Below are positions 51,167 to 64,000 of a DNA stretch of 64,000 bases, in pieces. Source of the stretch: Camelus ferus (Eukaryota). Made by a program: the position numbers and the translations under genes. Where the stretch lies: contig NC_045698.1 in NCBI RefSeq assembly GCF_009834535.1, positions 15,626,001 to 15,690,000 on the forward strand. Reading direction: 5' to 3'. How positions within the stretch are numbered: the stretch's first letter is position 1; every line of letters starts with the position of its first letter. Under the pieces are notes generated by a model. That model made no database searches and had not been told where the DNA came from. It saw only the letters and a list, made by a program, of their open reading frames with translations.

Positions 51167-54100
51167 GTAATCAAGAGACTATTGGATGTACTTTGAGCTC
51201 TGAATTTTTGAGTCTTTGCCTATATCACAAACAAGTATCTTTTATTTACTGAAGACATTAGAAGAGATTCCTCAGATTATCAAAGGTGTCCAGCCATAGA
51301 TTTGTCACAGATAGTTGAAATAGTTACATAATCTGAGTACTTTAGAATGTTCCCTAAATATTACATTTCTGCCATTTTCTTGAGTGGTAGGTAATGATAA
51401 GTACTCATTGCCCTTTTCCTGTGATCTCTTTTCAGTAATACCTCCGTGGAGGTAACATTATGTTACAATGTGTGCAACCGCTTGTCAAATTATTTTCTAA
51501 GATGACATTAGTAATCTGACAAAAAAAAATACTGAATAAATGGAATTATAGAAAAGAGAGATATATCTTTTTAAAGTTATCCTTATTCTACAATAGCTGA
51601 AATACAAAAGACTGGGTAAGAGGAAGGTGGATCATGCGTAGCTGCTTCCTCATTTTTCCAGAGACTAACCCTTTAGGTTATAATCATAAATCCAGGAACA
51701 TACTCTGTACTTTGTTGAATCATTCAATCTGAGTTCCACTACATATTTGGTGCTCTTGGTTACAAGTGAATTTTTCATTTGCATAATCACATTCTGCTCA
51801 CTTGAATATTCCCTGTGCACTTGCACTTTTATGTAATATACTTGTTCACCATCTGTCCTCAATTTTGGTCAAGAGATGCTTCATGTTTTTCAACACTTTG
51901 CATGATAATTGTGCCACCACAAAAGTCATTTTTGTTAATATGCGTCTCGCTCATGTATGGTCAGTAAGACCCTTTAGGCTCTTCTTGACTGAAAGATGGC
52001 CTGCCTTTGGAAGCTTTATATCCCCCTATCAGAAAAAAACAGAAAGCTCCTACCAGCCATCAAATATATTTGAAACTTCAAATGCAGACATACACATGTA
52101 CACACACATACAAATACAAATACATGCACTATAATTGTTACGAAGGAACTGCTTGAAATAACTGACTTTGGTATGCAAATATACATGTAAATGCATGGAT
52201 TATGTATGTTTCAATTTTAGATTTCACTTTAAAGTTATAATGAGTATAAAATAATTTAATATTACTTACATTGTTTAATTTTTTATTTCTTTAGGTCATT
52301 CCCTATACAATTATAAAATAATGTGCTAATGTATTTAAAGATCATTCAAGAGTTATTAGGTAGATGAAGACTCCCTACTATTTCTTTTTTTCTGGGAATG
52401 TGAAAAGAAGACTAAATGTACACAATAGATCAGTTTTTGTTGTTGTTGTTTTTAAAAAAGAAAAAAATAACCTTCAACTAAACTGAATGCTTCGTCTGGT
52501 TTTTCCTAAAAGATACTCTGATAAGAGAAATTTTGATATGCCTGGAGGCTTTTCCCTCAGGCAAGGTTCTAGTTTTCTATTCCAAACAGAAATAAAATAT
52601 ATATATATATATATAATGGTTTGTTCTTTTTAATGCATTTATGTATGTCTACACACACACACACACACACCTCAAACACTTTTCTCCATTAAACTGAACA
52701 GTTTTGACTACTCTAACAACACCCAAAAATCTATAGATTCAGTTATGTTTTCTATTTTGATGATTACATGAATTGCCAACTCAAACATAAACCAGTAAAA
52801 TTACCTAAATCTTAATCTTAAATTTACTGTAAGTATTTTGTAACCTAGATTAATTGTATGGTCTATCATGGTCTTTTTTTTTTTTTTTCCCCTCAACTCC
52901 AGATTGCGTGTAAAAACTTAAGTACTAAGATCATACAGAATCTCTAAACTCAGTAAATCTGGATCAAAATATTTATCAAAATAATCAATGGTATTAGGGA
53001 AGCATATAGTTTAGCAAAGTTTTAGTGAAAATCTGTACTTGATTACCCTCTCTGTAACTTTCTGGGTGTATATAGAACTTCACATATGTTCTTTACGATT
53101 TCTCAGTAAATCTCTCTAAACATTCATTTCTGTTAAAGGAACAATTTAATAGAAATTTTCATCACTTAGTGTTGCTGTGAGAGAATATGCAGAAAGAGAT
53201 TAGCACAGCTCATGGCACACAGCGAGCTTCCGATAAAGGGTAGTAGTGTTATTTTAATATTAAAATTAAATTATGTCCAAAAGAAGCAATTATCCAAATC
53301 AACATAAAATAGAATAATTTTTCATCCTCTCTGCTTTTTTTCTCTTTTCTTTATTAGAATTTCTTCTGAGACCAGGTGGGTGGTTCCCATTTTAAAAATC
53401 ATTCACTGCTTTTTTCTTCCCTGTGGGCTTTCTCCCTGCGGGGAAGAGGAGGAGATCCTGGTCTAGAAGAACAAATACCCAACTAATTGCCTTGCTATTT
53501 GCTTTTCAGCACTAGCTTTCAGCAATATCTCCCCTTTGTTTAATATTTACTATATGAAGTGTTATATATGGTCTCTTAAGAGAACTTCAATAAAACCAAG
53601 AACCATATATATCAACATGCAAACACTAAGGTCTAATATAATTATTTTATTTTTGTTGCTATTTTTCTATTAAATTATATATTTGAAACATTTTAGAAAC
53701 ATAGCAAAAAGTAGAATCTATAAATCATCTATAAATCACTCATAATCTTACTATCCACAGTCAACAAATGCTAACATTTTAAAGTTTGTAAAATTTCTAG
53801 ATTTTTAGATGTTGTCATTTTATTAAATGTAACTTCTGATGCATTTTAACCTGGTTTAACTTGGGTACCATTTCTTAGGAGAAAGTATTTTTACATAAGG
53901 TAGAATTTGATAAAAACTTATAATCTGGATTTTTATAGATGTTTACAATTAAAGAGATGATCTCTTTATGATACTATTTCTTTTTATCGCTGAGTCAACT
54001 GAGTCACCAAGAGATTGTAAGAGATACTATCCAAGTCCACACATAGAGAAACTTGTGAGAAAAAAAGAAGAAAACAAAACAAAACAGAACAAAAATGCTA

Positions 54101-54257
54101 GATTCACTGAATCTTGGTTTTCTTTCCACTGATTAAGCTTTGATGAGGGGGAGGAAGAAAGTGAGAAAGAGAGCTAATATATTGTTTTGGAACACAATTT
54201 GGAATAAACAGAGGCTACACTGGAATGTTAAAAATGTGTCAGCGGTTGGCTTACGGG

Positions 54258-54765
54258 CAGTGTGGTAGAAGGTATAATCAGACATTGGTTCTTTGGGTTG
54301 TTTGTGAACGTACAACCTCGGGGCCATTCACAGCCTAGCTCTTTCTCTCTTCTCTTTGGCTGGGATGTGCCGCAGGCTGATTTACAAAGACCTTATCAGT
54401 GGACTGCTCTTTCTGGCATCAGCCAATCAGAGGTGTGGGAAAAAGCACCTTCAGCTTGAGCCCAAGAGGGAAAAGCTTGGAGATTTCTTCCCCTCCAACA
54501 GGTCAGGTGGCATCTCTAGCTGCTGCCTCTCATTTTCACAAGAGAGGCAGCTTGGCTGCAGCTGGGACTGGTGACCCAGCCCCAGGACTTTAGAACTAAC
54601 ACATCCCCACTTGTCCATCCAGGCTACAGTAGCAGTAACTTCTCATTAGGCTTCCTTACTAAACCCAGTGGATTTCTCGGCTTTTCTCTGTACTCTTATC
54701 AATTCCCTCATTGAATTCCTTCTGTTTCAAATTCTCTGAATGTTTTTTGTTTTCCTGGTTGGAGT
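54258..54765. mobile_element. Old ERVL-class LTR (LTR33/LTR16-like)
   Basis: General resemblance only (cagccaatcagagg; end tctgtttcaaattctctgaatg...ttttcctggttgga). Confidence 0.4.
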
Positions 54766-54877
54766 ATAAATGATGGAGTATGTAATAAAATCCTCCTCTC
54801 AATGTTATTCCTACATGATATAAAAATTCATCGTTTTCTATGTGATCATTTCTTAGGGACATAAAAACATCTCTAGT

Positions 54878-55123
54878 CTTGAGAGCTTGTTTGGAGGTTC
54901 TAGCAGGGGAGCGCAGCTGCTCGTATACCCTTGACCGAGAAAGACGGTCCTCCTCTATTGGGGATGGTCGTCCTCTTTGACTGAGAGAGCAGCTTCGGGA
55001 GGGAGGGTCACACATAAAGTGGTGAGGGAGGAAGGGGATACCTGCCTAGCCAGCCCGATCAGCAGAATCAACCCTGGCGATCAATGGGGTGACAGATGTC
55101 ACAGCCAGATCGCCCTCACATCC
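54878..55123 (-). pseudogene. 7SK snRNA retropseudogene, 5'-intact and 3'-truncated, no poly(A)
   Basis: Reverse complement begins GGATGTGAGGGCGATCTGGCTG and follows 7SK to CCAAACAAGCTCTCAAG. Flanked by 16-bp direct repeats aaacatct(c/t)tagtctt at 54865-54880 and 55125-55140. Confidence 0.95.
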
Positions 55124-56298
55124 CAAACATCTTTAGTCTTTACTCAGGGCATCTACTGTCTTGCATTTGATGATGCCTTCAGCACTCTAGATAATTGTTT
55201 AAACCTATAAAACATGTCTAACTATAGAAAATAATCACAAGGGATTAGATTTCTGAAGAATTCTAAAGGTGATTTCTTAAATTGGCAAATAATTTGCTTA
55301 CTATATTGAGAAAAAAAAAAGGAGCAACTGTTAACGATGAAAACAGCTGCACATTCTGATATCTGCTATTTTAAAAAATATAATTAGCAACAGTTTCTTC
55401 TTTTTCGTGTTGTTGGGGAAGAGAAGTGCTGTGGTTTCCACAGAAGTAATAAATCACATACCGTCTCTCTCAAAGAAGGAAATCAAGTTAAAGTGTGCAA
55501 ATCAAGTCTCATTTAAGAATAAGGAATAAAATGACTCCCAGAGAAAACAACCCAGTGGATGACTTGAAAACAAAGAATGGAAGATCTGGAAGCCTTACAG
55601 ATTTGTTGCAGCAACTGCAAATCTCTGGAGAACAAGCTTGAGGCTAACAATCCAGGAACAAAGAGGTTGAAAGTTTACGTCTTGGTTTCAGTCTATAAAT
55701 CCCAGGGTAATCCACGTTCTCTTTTACCTCCCAGATAAACACCCTTTTATTTACATAGATGGTATTTGATAGCATTCAAACACTTATCAAGCCTAATGCT
55801 CTTGAAAATATTGACGTGACTTTCAGTTACCTCCTAGGACTGCCTTTTATACAGACTCCGTAGTGCTATGCATTTTAACCACAAGATCGTATTTTCTGTT
55901 TCCAGTTATGTTTATGGCATACAGCTTTATTCCTTGGATGGTTTAATTTCATTTCAGATTGTCATTTATTCTTAATGTTTTTAGAATATTCACATAGCTG
56001 CAAAGTACATTTCTACTCAGCTTCAAAAATACATATGATAATTAGATTAGAATCTGCATTATAAAATGAGTAGCTGAAAAGCTGTTATATTGCCATCAAC
56101 TGTTTCATGGTACCATTGTTTTAATTGGTTGCATTTCTATTTGTATCTTTCGTTTTTAAAATAGACAGTTCAGTTTCTATACGTTGGCTGTAGTATTAAG
56201 TTGATGCATGTTTGCCTTTGATTGACCCACTGGAAATGTAGTTGATCTGATATCAGGGCTGACATCATTTGCTTTCTATTGATACTGTAAACCTAGGT

Positions 56299-56878
56299 TG
56301 TGACTAAGATAAACAGAATTTTAGCTCCATGACTTTTGCCCCCTGGTGTCACAGCCAGGAATATGTTGCAATACATGGCAAAAGGAACATGGCAGATGTA
56401 ATTAAAGTTGCTAATCAGTTACCTTTAAAATAGAAAGGTTACTTTGGATTATATGGTAGAGCCAGTCTAATCACACGAGCCCTTTAAAAGCAGATCTGTC
56501 TTTCCTCTTAGTGCAGAAGAGGAAATCTGAGAGGTATGGCCCAGGAATAAGACAGAGAGATTTGAAGAATCAGGATACCACACACCATTGTTGTGTAAAT
56601 GAAAGCAGGTAGGGGGAGGTGTCAAGGAAATGGGGACATCAGTCCTACAGCTGCAAAGGACTGAATTCTGCCAACAACCAGCGAAGGTTAGGAAAAGAAT
56701 ACAAGCCTGAGAGGAGAAGTGTAGCCCTGGCCGATACTTTGATTTCAGCTCAGTGATGCCTTAAACAGAGTATTAGCCACACCATCGTGGACTTCCACAT
56801 AACTGTGAGATCATAAATGAGTTTTGTAACCCCAGGCATTGTGGTAAGTTGTTAGAGCAGCCATTATTAACTGAAACA
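56299..56878 (+). mobile_element. MLT1E-like MaLR LTR
   Basis: catggcaaaagg..gcagatgtaattaaagttgctaatcag; ctgaattctgccaacaacc; ends tgtggtaagttgttagagcagc..aactgaaaca. Confidence 0.85.
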
Positions 56879-57664
56879 GTGACTGACACCATCTTCGCTC
56901 AAATGTGCTGGAGCATCTGCAACACTTATTTTTAATGCTAGTGGATATTTCCGTCATTGCTGTTCTCCAGGACTTAACTGCTGTGTGTGTTTTATTGTTG
57001 TTTGTTTGCTTGTTTGTTTCTTTTGTCAAAAAATAAGTGAACAGAGAAGCAATGCATTATTGTGGAGAGAGAGATAAGGGTTATAATGTCTGATTCTAGG
57101 CCTGTCTCTTCTTTGCTTCTGTTTATAAACTCATGCAAGCCTGACATCCTCTCAGGACAACTGTTTCATCTCCAGGACCCAATGAAAGGTTGCCTCCTAA
57201 TGTTAATGTCAGTGTTAAGGTGCTATGATTCTATGAAATATTTATTGACTTCCTTGAGTACACTAAATTATTTTCTACTAGCTTTGAAGAACATAAAAGA
57301 AATATGACACAGAGCCAGCCCTGTGGCTTATTCATCTGAAGTGACTTAAATAAATACATAAAAATGCTTAATGAAAAAGAGCACAAAATCGAGTTCTGAA
57401 ATGTGTGCTTCTGAATCCCAGGACTATCCTATTCCCTGAGAGAGTAAATTAGTGTTATGGGTTATTGGCCCTTGATTTAAAAAGCTAGACCTAACCCGAT
57501 TTCGAAACAATGAGTTTAAATGTTATTCACTTTAAGTCCATAAATGTTAATGAGTACTTAAATGCTGGACAACATAAGAACAACAAAGATAAACGAGACA
57601 AAACCCCTGATCTTGATAAGATTATGGCATGGAAGGTGGACCCTTATGTACGATAATGAGTGTA

Positions 57665-57900
57665 ATAGTAATAATAATATTAATGCCAATAATAGCAAGT
57701 TCACTTAATTGAGTACTTTTTAGGTACTAAACTTTACATGTATTACACCATTTAAACCTTATAATAATTAAATAAGTTTAAGTACTATCGCTATTTCGAG
57801 GTCACAGATAGCAAGAAAGCAGTACCTGTCATCTAAATAATTGGTCCATAGTCATATATCTAGAAAATGGTGGAAGCACGATTTATACCTAGGGACCCCA
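57665..57900 (-). mobile_element. MIR SINE relic
   Basis: aattgagtactttttaggtactaaactttacatgtatt..catttaaaccttataa. Confidence 0.55.
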
Positions 57901-60777
57901 CCTCAGAGCCATGCAGAATCCAGCCATTGTCCTGTATCTTCTTCATTTTTTTTTCTAAGAAACGTAGGTCAAGTCTATTTATTTAATATATGTACTCAAA
58001 TATATGAAGTCAGAAATAACACGAATATTTCAATAGCAAATTCATGATTTTTCCACTAAAACTCAGTCCTCCTTAGTGATTCTTATTCATGTGGATGATA
58101 CCTCCAACTAAGTAGCTGAACAAGTGAGAAATCACTTAAATTAAACTTAACCGAATCATTCTTTACCACTTTCTCTCCCACAAAATCAACTTCAATCCAT
58201 CACCCCATCCATTGATTTAGCCTCTGCCTATCTCAGACCCATTCATTAACTTGATCTCTACAATCACTGTCTCACTACAAGTCACAGTTAACTCTTGTGA
58301 CTCTGGTCTAGATTACAACACACCACTTCCTAATTAACTCATTGCAGCGGCTTCCTGATTGCAAATACATTTATAAACTAAAAGTATTAAGACTGATTTC
58401 AAAGCCTCAGATTATCCATTTACTTTTTTTACTCACATAGCTTTCAATAATAAGAGAGTACAAAAATATTTTATTAAAATTCCTTTCTTTTCTTATTCTC
58501 TAGGAACCTAAAATGTTGGAGAATGGTCACCATAACATTTTCAAACAATATTCTCTCTTTCTTTCTCTCGTTTATTCACTAACTTCCATCCACTTTGCAT
58601 TAATTCTCTTCTCTTGTCTACAATCTCTTGCATCATTATCTCAGAGCGTGTCATATGTGGCTTCTTTAAGTAATAGAATCCTCCAATCACCCTAATTACT
58701 TTTCCCACCATAATAAGGAGAGGGTGTTTATTTGGTAGGGGGGAAATTGGGTGTCAAGTAGTTTAGCGGGCCACGTCTAGTTGTTCTCTTTATAACTGGA
58801 GTCATAAAGTTTAGTATTGACAGTAAAATGGTGAGGAGAGGAACAGTCTGAGAATAAGAAGACAGTAATAGGATAGCCTTTTCACTTCTTTTGTGCATCT
58901 CTTGGCTTCTAATGAAGACTGTAAACACACAGAATGTGAGAAGTACATACATTAGATTCAAATCTGGTTGTCAGGAGGAGGTAAATACTAAATCTTGATC
59001 AATTTCAAATGCCCTCCCTTCCTGTTAAGAAGTTTTGAGCATTGAAAAAAATTTTTTGCCTTCAATGAACCCAATATTGTTAAAGAACCAGTGCCATAAT
59101 AAACACTGCTCAGTCTTCTATTTCTTAAGTTGCATTGAGAGAAGGACTTAAATTTAAGTGTATAAATAGAGGTTCTTGTTGTAGTACTTTACATCTTTAC
59201 AGGCAAAAGGACTACCAGTCTCTACAAGGTACCCATGCCTTGATTATCTTTTTTATTCCCTCACACAAAGTAGAGCCAGCATTTATGGAGAAAAAACCAG
59301 AAATGTGATATACATTCTGATTTTCAAAAGGCTGCATCTTCAAATATGTATCAGAGTCCCTCGGCTGCTTGGATGTCAGAGTATCATGGTAAACATTGCT
59401 ATTACTCTCAAAATAAAGGAAGCTAATCACAATACCATTAAAGAAGAGACCAATCTGATTTGAACAGGAAACCCCATTTCACAAAGATAAAGGTTGCTTT
59501 TTTGAGAGCAAAGCTAGAACATAACAAACCTGCCTTGCTGCCTTTTATTGATTATTTTGCACCCCTAGGAAATCAAGGGGAAAAATCTCAGATACTTTAT
59601 TTCCTTGGCTTTGTACAGAACTGAAATCATCACTTTCTTTTCTGGTAGCTGAAACTCCCAGTGATACTGTTTTCTTATGGATCCAAATTCTCAGAAGTTA
59701 AAACATCTTTTTATTGAGTATCATAGTTGTGTTGGACTTTGCGAACACAAAGTTAATATTTGCCTTGACAGCAGGATTGAGAACTAAAAGGAATATCATG
59801 ACAGGAAAAACAAATATACAAATTCAGTGGAACTTAAATTAGCCCTGCGAGCTTCAATACCTGAACACATGTCAAAATGTCTCAAGAGTAAAGGGTCAAC
59901 ATTATGGTTGAAGTATTTTGCAAATGAGGAAAATTCTATTTGAGGTTCTTAAAACAACTGATTATTCAAGTTCACAGACAAATAAATTAAATAAATACAA
60001 GCAAGAAAAAAAATACTCTAATAAAGAACTATGTTGATTTATTTTTATTAAAAATACAAAAGAATACTTGCATGAATTTGATATGATTTATTGTTTCAAT
60101 GAATAAAATATTTTACTTGCTCATTAATAATCATAAAAGTAAAGAAATTAGTATAAAAAAGAAATAATTTATGAATGGTAATCAGATGTAATGGCTTCCT
60201 ACAGGGTATTGTTTCATTTTCTCTCTTTTCCTTCATTGGATTGATTGTCTAATGAAAACAATTTTGGCTTTATAAAAGGAGCTGGAATCAAAATGGAAAA
60301 AGGTATATTTTCTCTCCTCTCTAAATGCCATTCCCTTTATTCAATTAATCACACATATCACACTGTAATTCAAACGTACAGGTTACATTTTTATCAAATT
60401 CAATGATTTTGTAGTCATAAGTTAATTTTTTGTGGACAATCCCAAAAGAGATAATAGAAGACAAAATATTTAGTGACAGAAAACTTGCTTTAAAGTATTT
60501 TGTAATTAAGTGAATGCCTAGGAAAAGCATTACATTTAATTATATTCTTTGAGGAGGCACTTAACACAAAATTATAAAATTACTATGGCAAAATATTGCA
60601 TTTGCATTTCACTTAATCCCAAACTTAGAATACAGACTTTATAATTATATCTATATTCTGTGCATCTCCCCCCACCTCACTTTTTTACTTATGGATGGAA
60701 CAGAAGTTCATTGAGATATCTCAAGTATAAAATGCTTATGAAGCATACAAATGATTGATTTCAGAAACTTTGGAAAG

Positions 60778-61421
60778 GACTTCTGGTTTCTGGTTCCTCA
60801 ACCAAGGAGCTTGGAAGTTACTATCCTACCCCAGTAACAAGTTAAAAGATTGAACAGACTGAGAAATCTACAACTCTTCTTGGATCCATAAAATGTGGGA
60901 GGACATAGAATAAACTGCTGCCCCCAAGACTGCAGAGATAGACAGGTGAATGCAGGGAGTCCCAGCTTACCAGAACAGGGGCTCACGAGTGGAAACCTCC
61001 TCAGGAAACAGCTCCAGGGTTGGAAAACCTGAACTGTAATTGAGGAACTGCTGGGGCTCAGTGTGGACAAGTTTAAGAGTTAAAAACTCCAGGGGTACAC
61101 AGTTTTCTGGCATTTACCTCCAAGAGCTGCCCCAGGCTCCCACAGATAATATCTCATAGAAAAATCCCCTTCGGCTTCCAGCAGCAGGAAGGGAAAAGGG
61201 ACAATTTTGAAATAGGCCATCCTGTGCATGCTATTCTTTTTAATAAGGCCTTCCCTCAGGGGAAATCAGTTACCAGGGCCCAATCCACCTGGATATTATC
61301 AGAGACCAACTGCCCTGGGAAAGGTAAATATTCCACTCCAGCTGGCTCTAGCCTTCTGCCTGGGAGAAGGGAAATAGTCAACTCCAGCCCACTTTAGCCA
61401 TCCTGGCCAAATTAAAAGGAG

Positions 61422-61452
<31 letters not shown>

Positions 61453-62375
61453 CACTGAGAAACACTTGTGAAATTCACAGCCTAGAGGTATAGGTTTACT
61501 AAAAGACTAAGACCTAATCATAGGACTATAGAATGCTTTTCCTCTCCCCTCACATCTCACCACCACTTTACTACAAGCCTATTTATAGATATTCCTTTTA
61601 CTCACTATATTATGTTTGACTATCAAAAAATAAAAAAAAAGAGAGAGAGGGAAAAGAAAATTATAAGTCATACTAAAAGGCAACAGCAACACAGTTTGAA
61701 GAAACAGAGCAAGTACTAGAATCAGACGTGGCAAGGATGTTGAAATGATCATATTGCAAATTTGAAACTATGATAATATGCTAAGGACTCTAATGGATAA
61801 AGTAGCATGCAAAAGCAGAAGGGCTGCATAAGCAGAGAGTTGGACATCCTAAGAAACAAACAAAAAGAAATGATAGAGATAAGAAACAGCATAGCAGGAA
61901 TGAAAGGTATGTTTGATGAGCTCATAAGAGGACTGGGCTTGGCTGAAAGAATTTCTGAGCTAGAGGATGTATCAATAGAATTTTCCAACTGAGAAACAAA
62001 GGGTATAGAAGACAAAAAAAAAAAAAAAAAAAAAAAAGGAAGAAGAAAGAAGAAGAGACTGTTCAAGGACTGTAAAGAACTGTGAGACAACTATAAAAGA
62101 ACTATAAAAGGTACAACACACATATAATGGGAATACCAGAAGGAGACGAAAAAGAGAAGGAACAGAGAAAATATCTGTAATAATATGACTAAAGATTTTC
62201 CCCAATTTATGTCAGACATCAAACAACAGCTCCAGAAAGCTCAGTGAGCAAGATGAGGAAGAGTAGAGAAATATTCAAAGTGTTGAGTGAAAATAAGTCA
62301 CCAACCTAGAACTGTGTACCTTGTGAAGTTTTCTTTCAAAAGTGAAGAAAAAAAAGAACTTTCTCAGAAAAACAT
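60778..62375 (+). mobile_element. Ancient L1M(C/D) 5' end with decayed ORF1
   Basis: Starts gacttctggtttc. ORF1 coiled-coil remnant (LRNKQKEMIEIRNSIAGMKGMFDELI...AERISELED), GIPEG-like motif near 62128, C-terminal aatattcaaagtgttg..caacctagaac..tttcaaaagtgaag. Confidence 0.85.
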
Positions 62376-64000
62376 CTGTCTGAGCCAAGCTTTCTCTTAT
62401 GTCAAACTGAAGTAAGTAAACAATAAACTACATTGTTTTCCTCTATCTTCAGTAGTTTCTAATTTCTGCAATAATTTTAACTTATCATCAGTTTGCTTCT
62501 TTAGGTCTATGCCATCTCATTACACTTTCTCTCTCACGGATTTCTTCCTTTATGGATTTCATATTTTTATTCAATATCATGGAAAGCAAAAATCAGCACA
62601 ATAGAATTATCTTTGGTTTCCTGCAATGTGTTCTTGATACAAACTCTGTCTTTCCCCTGGGTCTGATCTTCACTGGGGTGTAGCTCTATGCAGGTTTAGT
62701 CTTTGTTCACAGAATGTGTAGGGCTATTCTTTTTGAATTTCTTCCTTATCACTCTAGGTCCTGTGTGACTACTGCCCCCAGAACAGGTGTCTAAGATATT
62801 TATTCTGATCTTCAGCTAAGAAGGTGGTCAAGATGTGGCCCTATGATGCCACTATTAGCAATTTTATTACTGCATTCTTTCTCTCTACTTAAAAAAAAAA
62901 AAAAACCAAAAATGAAGGAATAAAATGAGTATATTTAACAGGGTGTCTTGTCTGTTTCTATGTCTAGTTTATATCTCTCTTTGCTTCCAGATGTATGGAT
63001 AACTTTTTAAAATTGTTTGTATTTTCAATAGTTGAGTTTTGACATAGTCATATTATTTGGTTTTGGTTTATTTTGTTTTTTGTGTGCTCTGCCATCTCTT
63101 TGCTGCCTTTACTCAGTCCAGCTGCATGAGTGGCTTATCTCAGACTTTACTCCATTTCTACTAACAATTTCTATGAGAAGAAATTGCTCCACTGCTCTTC
63201 TGGCCTGGACCTGAGGCTCCCGTGTATCTATACTGACGTGATTCCAAGCAAACCACTCCCCGTGTTTCCCCGAGTTGCCAGCAGACCTTGCCGCCATCTT
63301 TAGCTCAAGAACATCAGTGAGGTGTATGAAACGTTTTTCTCACTTTCTGCCAAACCGCAACGTCCTCTGCAAGGAAAAGCCCTGTGTTGATCACTTGAAT
63401 CTTCTTTTAATTTATTCCAAAATTATACTGAGTCTAGACGACACTTCATGAGTTTGGGGATTTGAAGTTAGACTCTCATTTCAGCTTTCATTGTAATTTT
63501 AAAAGGTTGTTCATTTCATCCGGTTTTGGGGGAAACAAATTCTGCCAACTGTTATCATGTTAATCAATTTTTTCCAAGATTCACATTAACTTTTTAGGCA
63601 AAGCATATCAATGCTTTTGATAAAGCTGTATAGAATTAGAGTATGCACAGACCTGAGTACGTAAAGTTATAAATTTATTTATCTACATTAAAAGAATAGA
63701 TTTTATTCTCCAAAGACTCCAAGTTGCTCCTTGGTGCTAAGTGAAGCACTTAGGGAAATGCATTTAGCCATTCAGTTTCAGAAACATTATATCACATTAA
63801 AGGCAAACTGGAGCCACCAGCTCTCTAAGTGACTCTTCCATTCTGGCAAAGACATCAAAACTAATGTGCTCTATTGTGCACCTCACTTCCAACCACTAGG
63901 TATTACAAGGTGCTAAGAAAAAGCCACTGGCTGCATTGCACCTTTCTTTGGTTTGATATTTTAAAAAATGGCAGAACTTCTATGCATCCCATGATAGGCA

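Noticed and set aside
55178..55198. REST/RE1-like TTCAGCAC half sites (also near 14882, 46226 and 53504)
   Set aside because: The GGACAG right half is missing.
54659..55210. ORFs of 118 and 77 aa
   Set aside because: Incidental frames across the 7SK pseudogene.
56334..56352. CTCF-like ACACCAGGGGGCAAA on minus
   Set aside because: Mismatches at both ends and embedded in an MLT1 LTR; weaker than the site at 19634.
61807..61992. Coiled-coil ORF as a host gene
   Set aside because: Decayed L1 ORF1 with stops and deletions.
1..64000. CRISPR array, operon or novel multi-gene system
   Set aside because: Eukaryotic intronic DNA with no regularly spaced repeat-spacer structure and no coding genes other than one CDH12 exon.

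Overview
AT-rich mammalian genomic DNA, most likely camelid, based on two Vic-1-type tRNA-derived SINEs and the L1 3' ends. The window lies inside the minus-strand cadherin-12 gene (CDH12). Its only protein-coding element is the start-codon exon (inferred 30955..30539; CDS 30769..30539), which encodes the signal peptide, prodomain, RVKR processing site and the start of EC1. The rest is intron filled with L1, L2, MIR, MaLR/ERVL LTRs, hAT and Tigger DNA transposon relics, microsatellites and a 3'-truncated 7SK retropseudogene. I find no evidence for a new multi-gene biological system. The unusual points are mechanistic or regulatory: an L1 flanked by a ~190-215 bp direct duplication, two divergent SINEs sharing one target site, a tailless 7SK copy, a uORF and tandem acceptor in the CDH12 5'UTR, a perfect CTCF core, a fold-back L1 fragment, and local CpG/GC-gain patches. 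Repeat family names come from recalled consensus sequences, not from a database search, and many boundaries are approximate.
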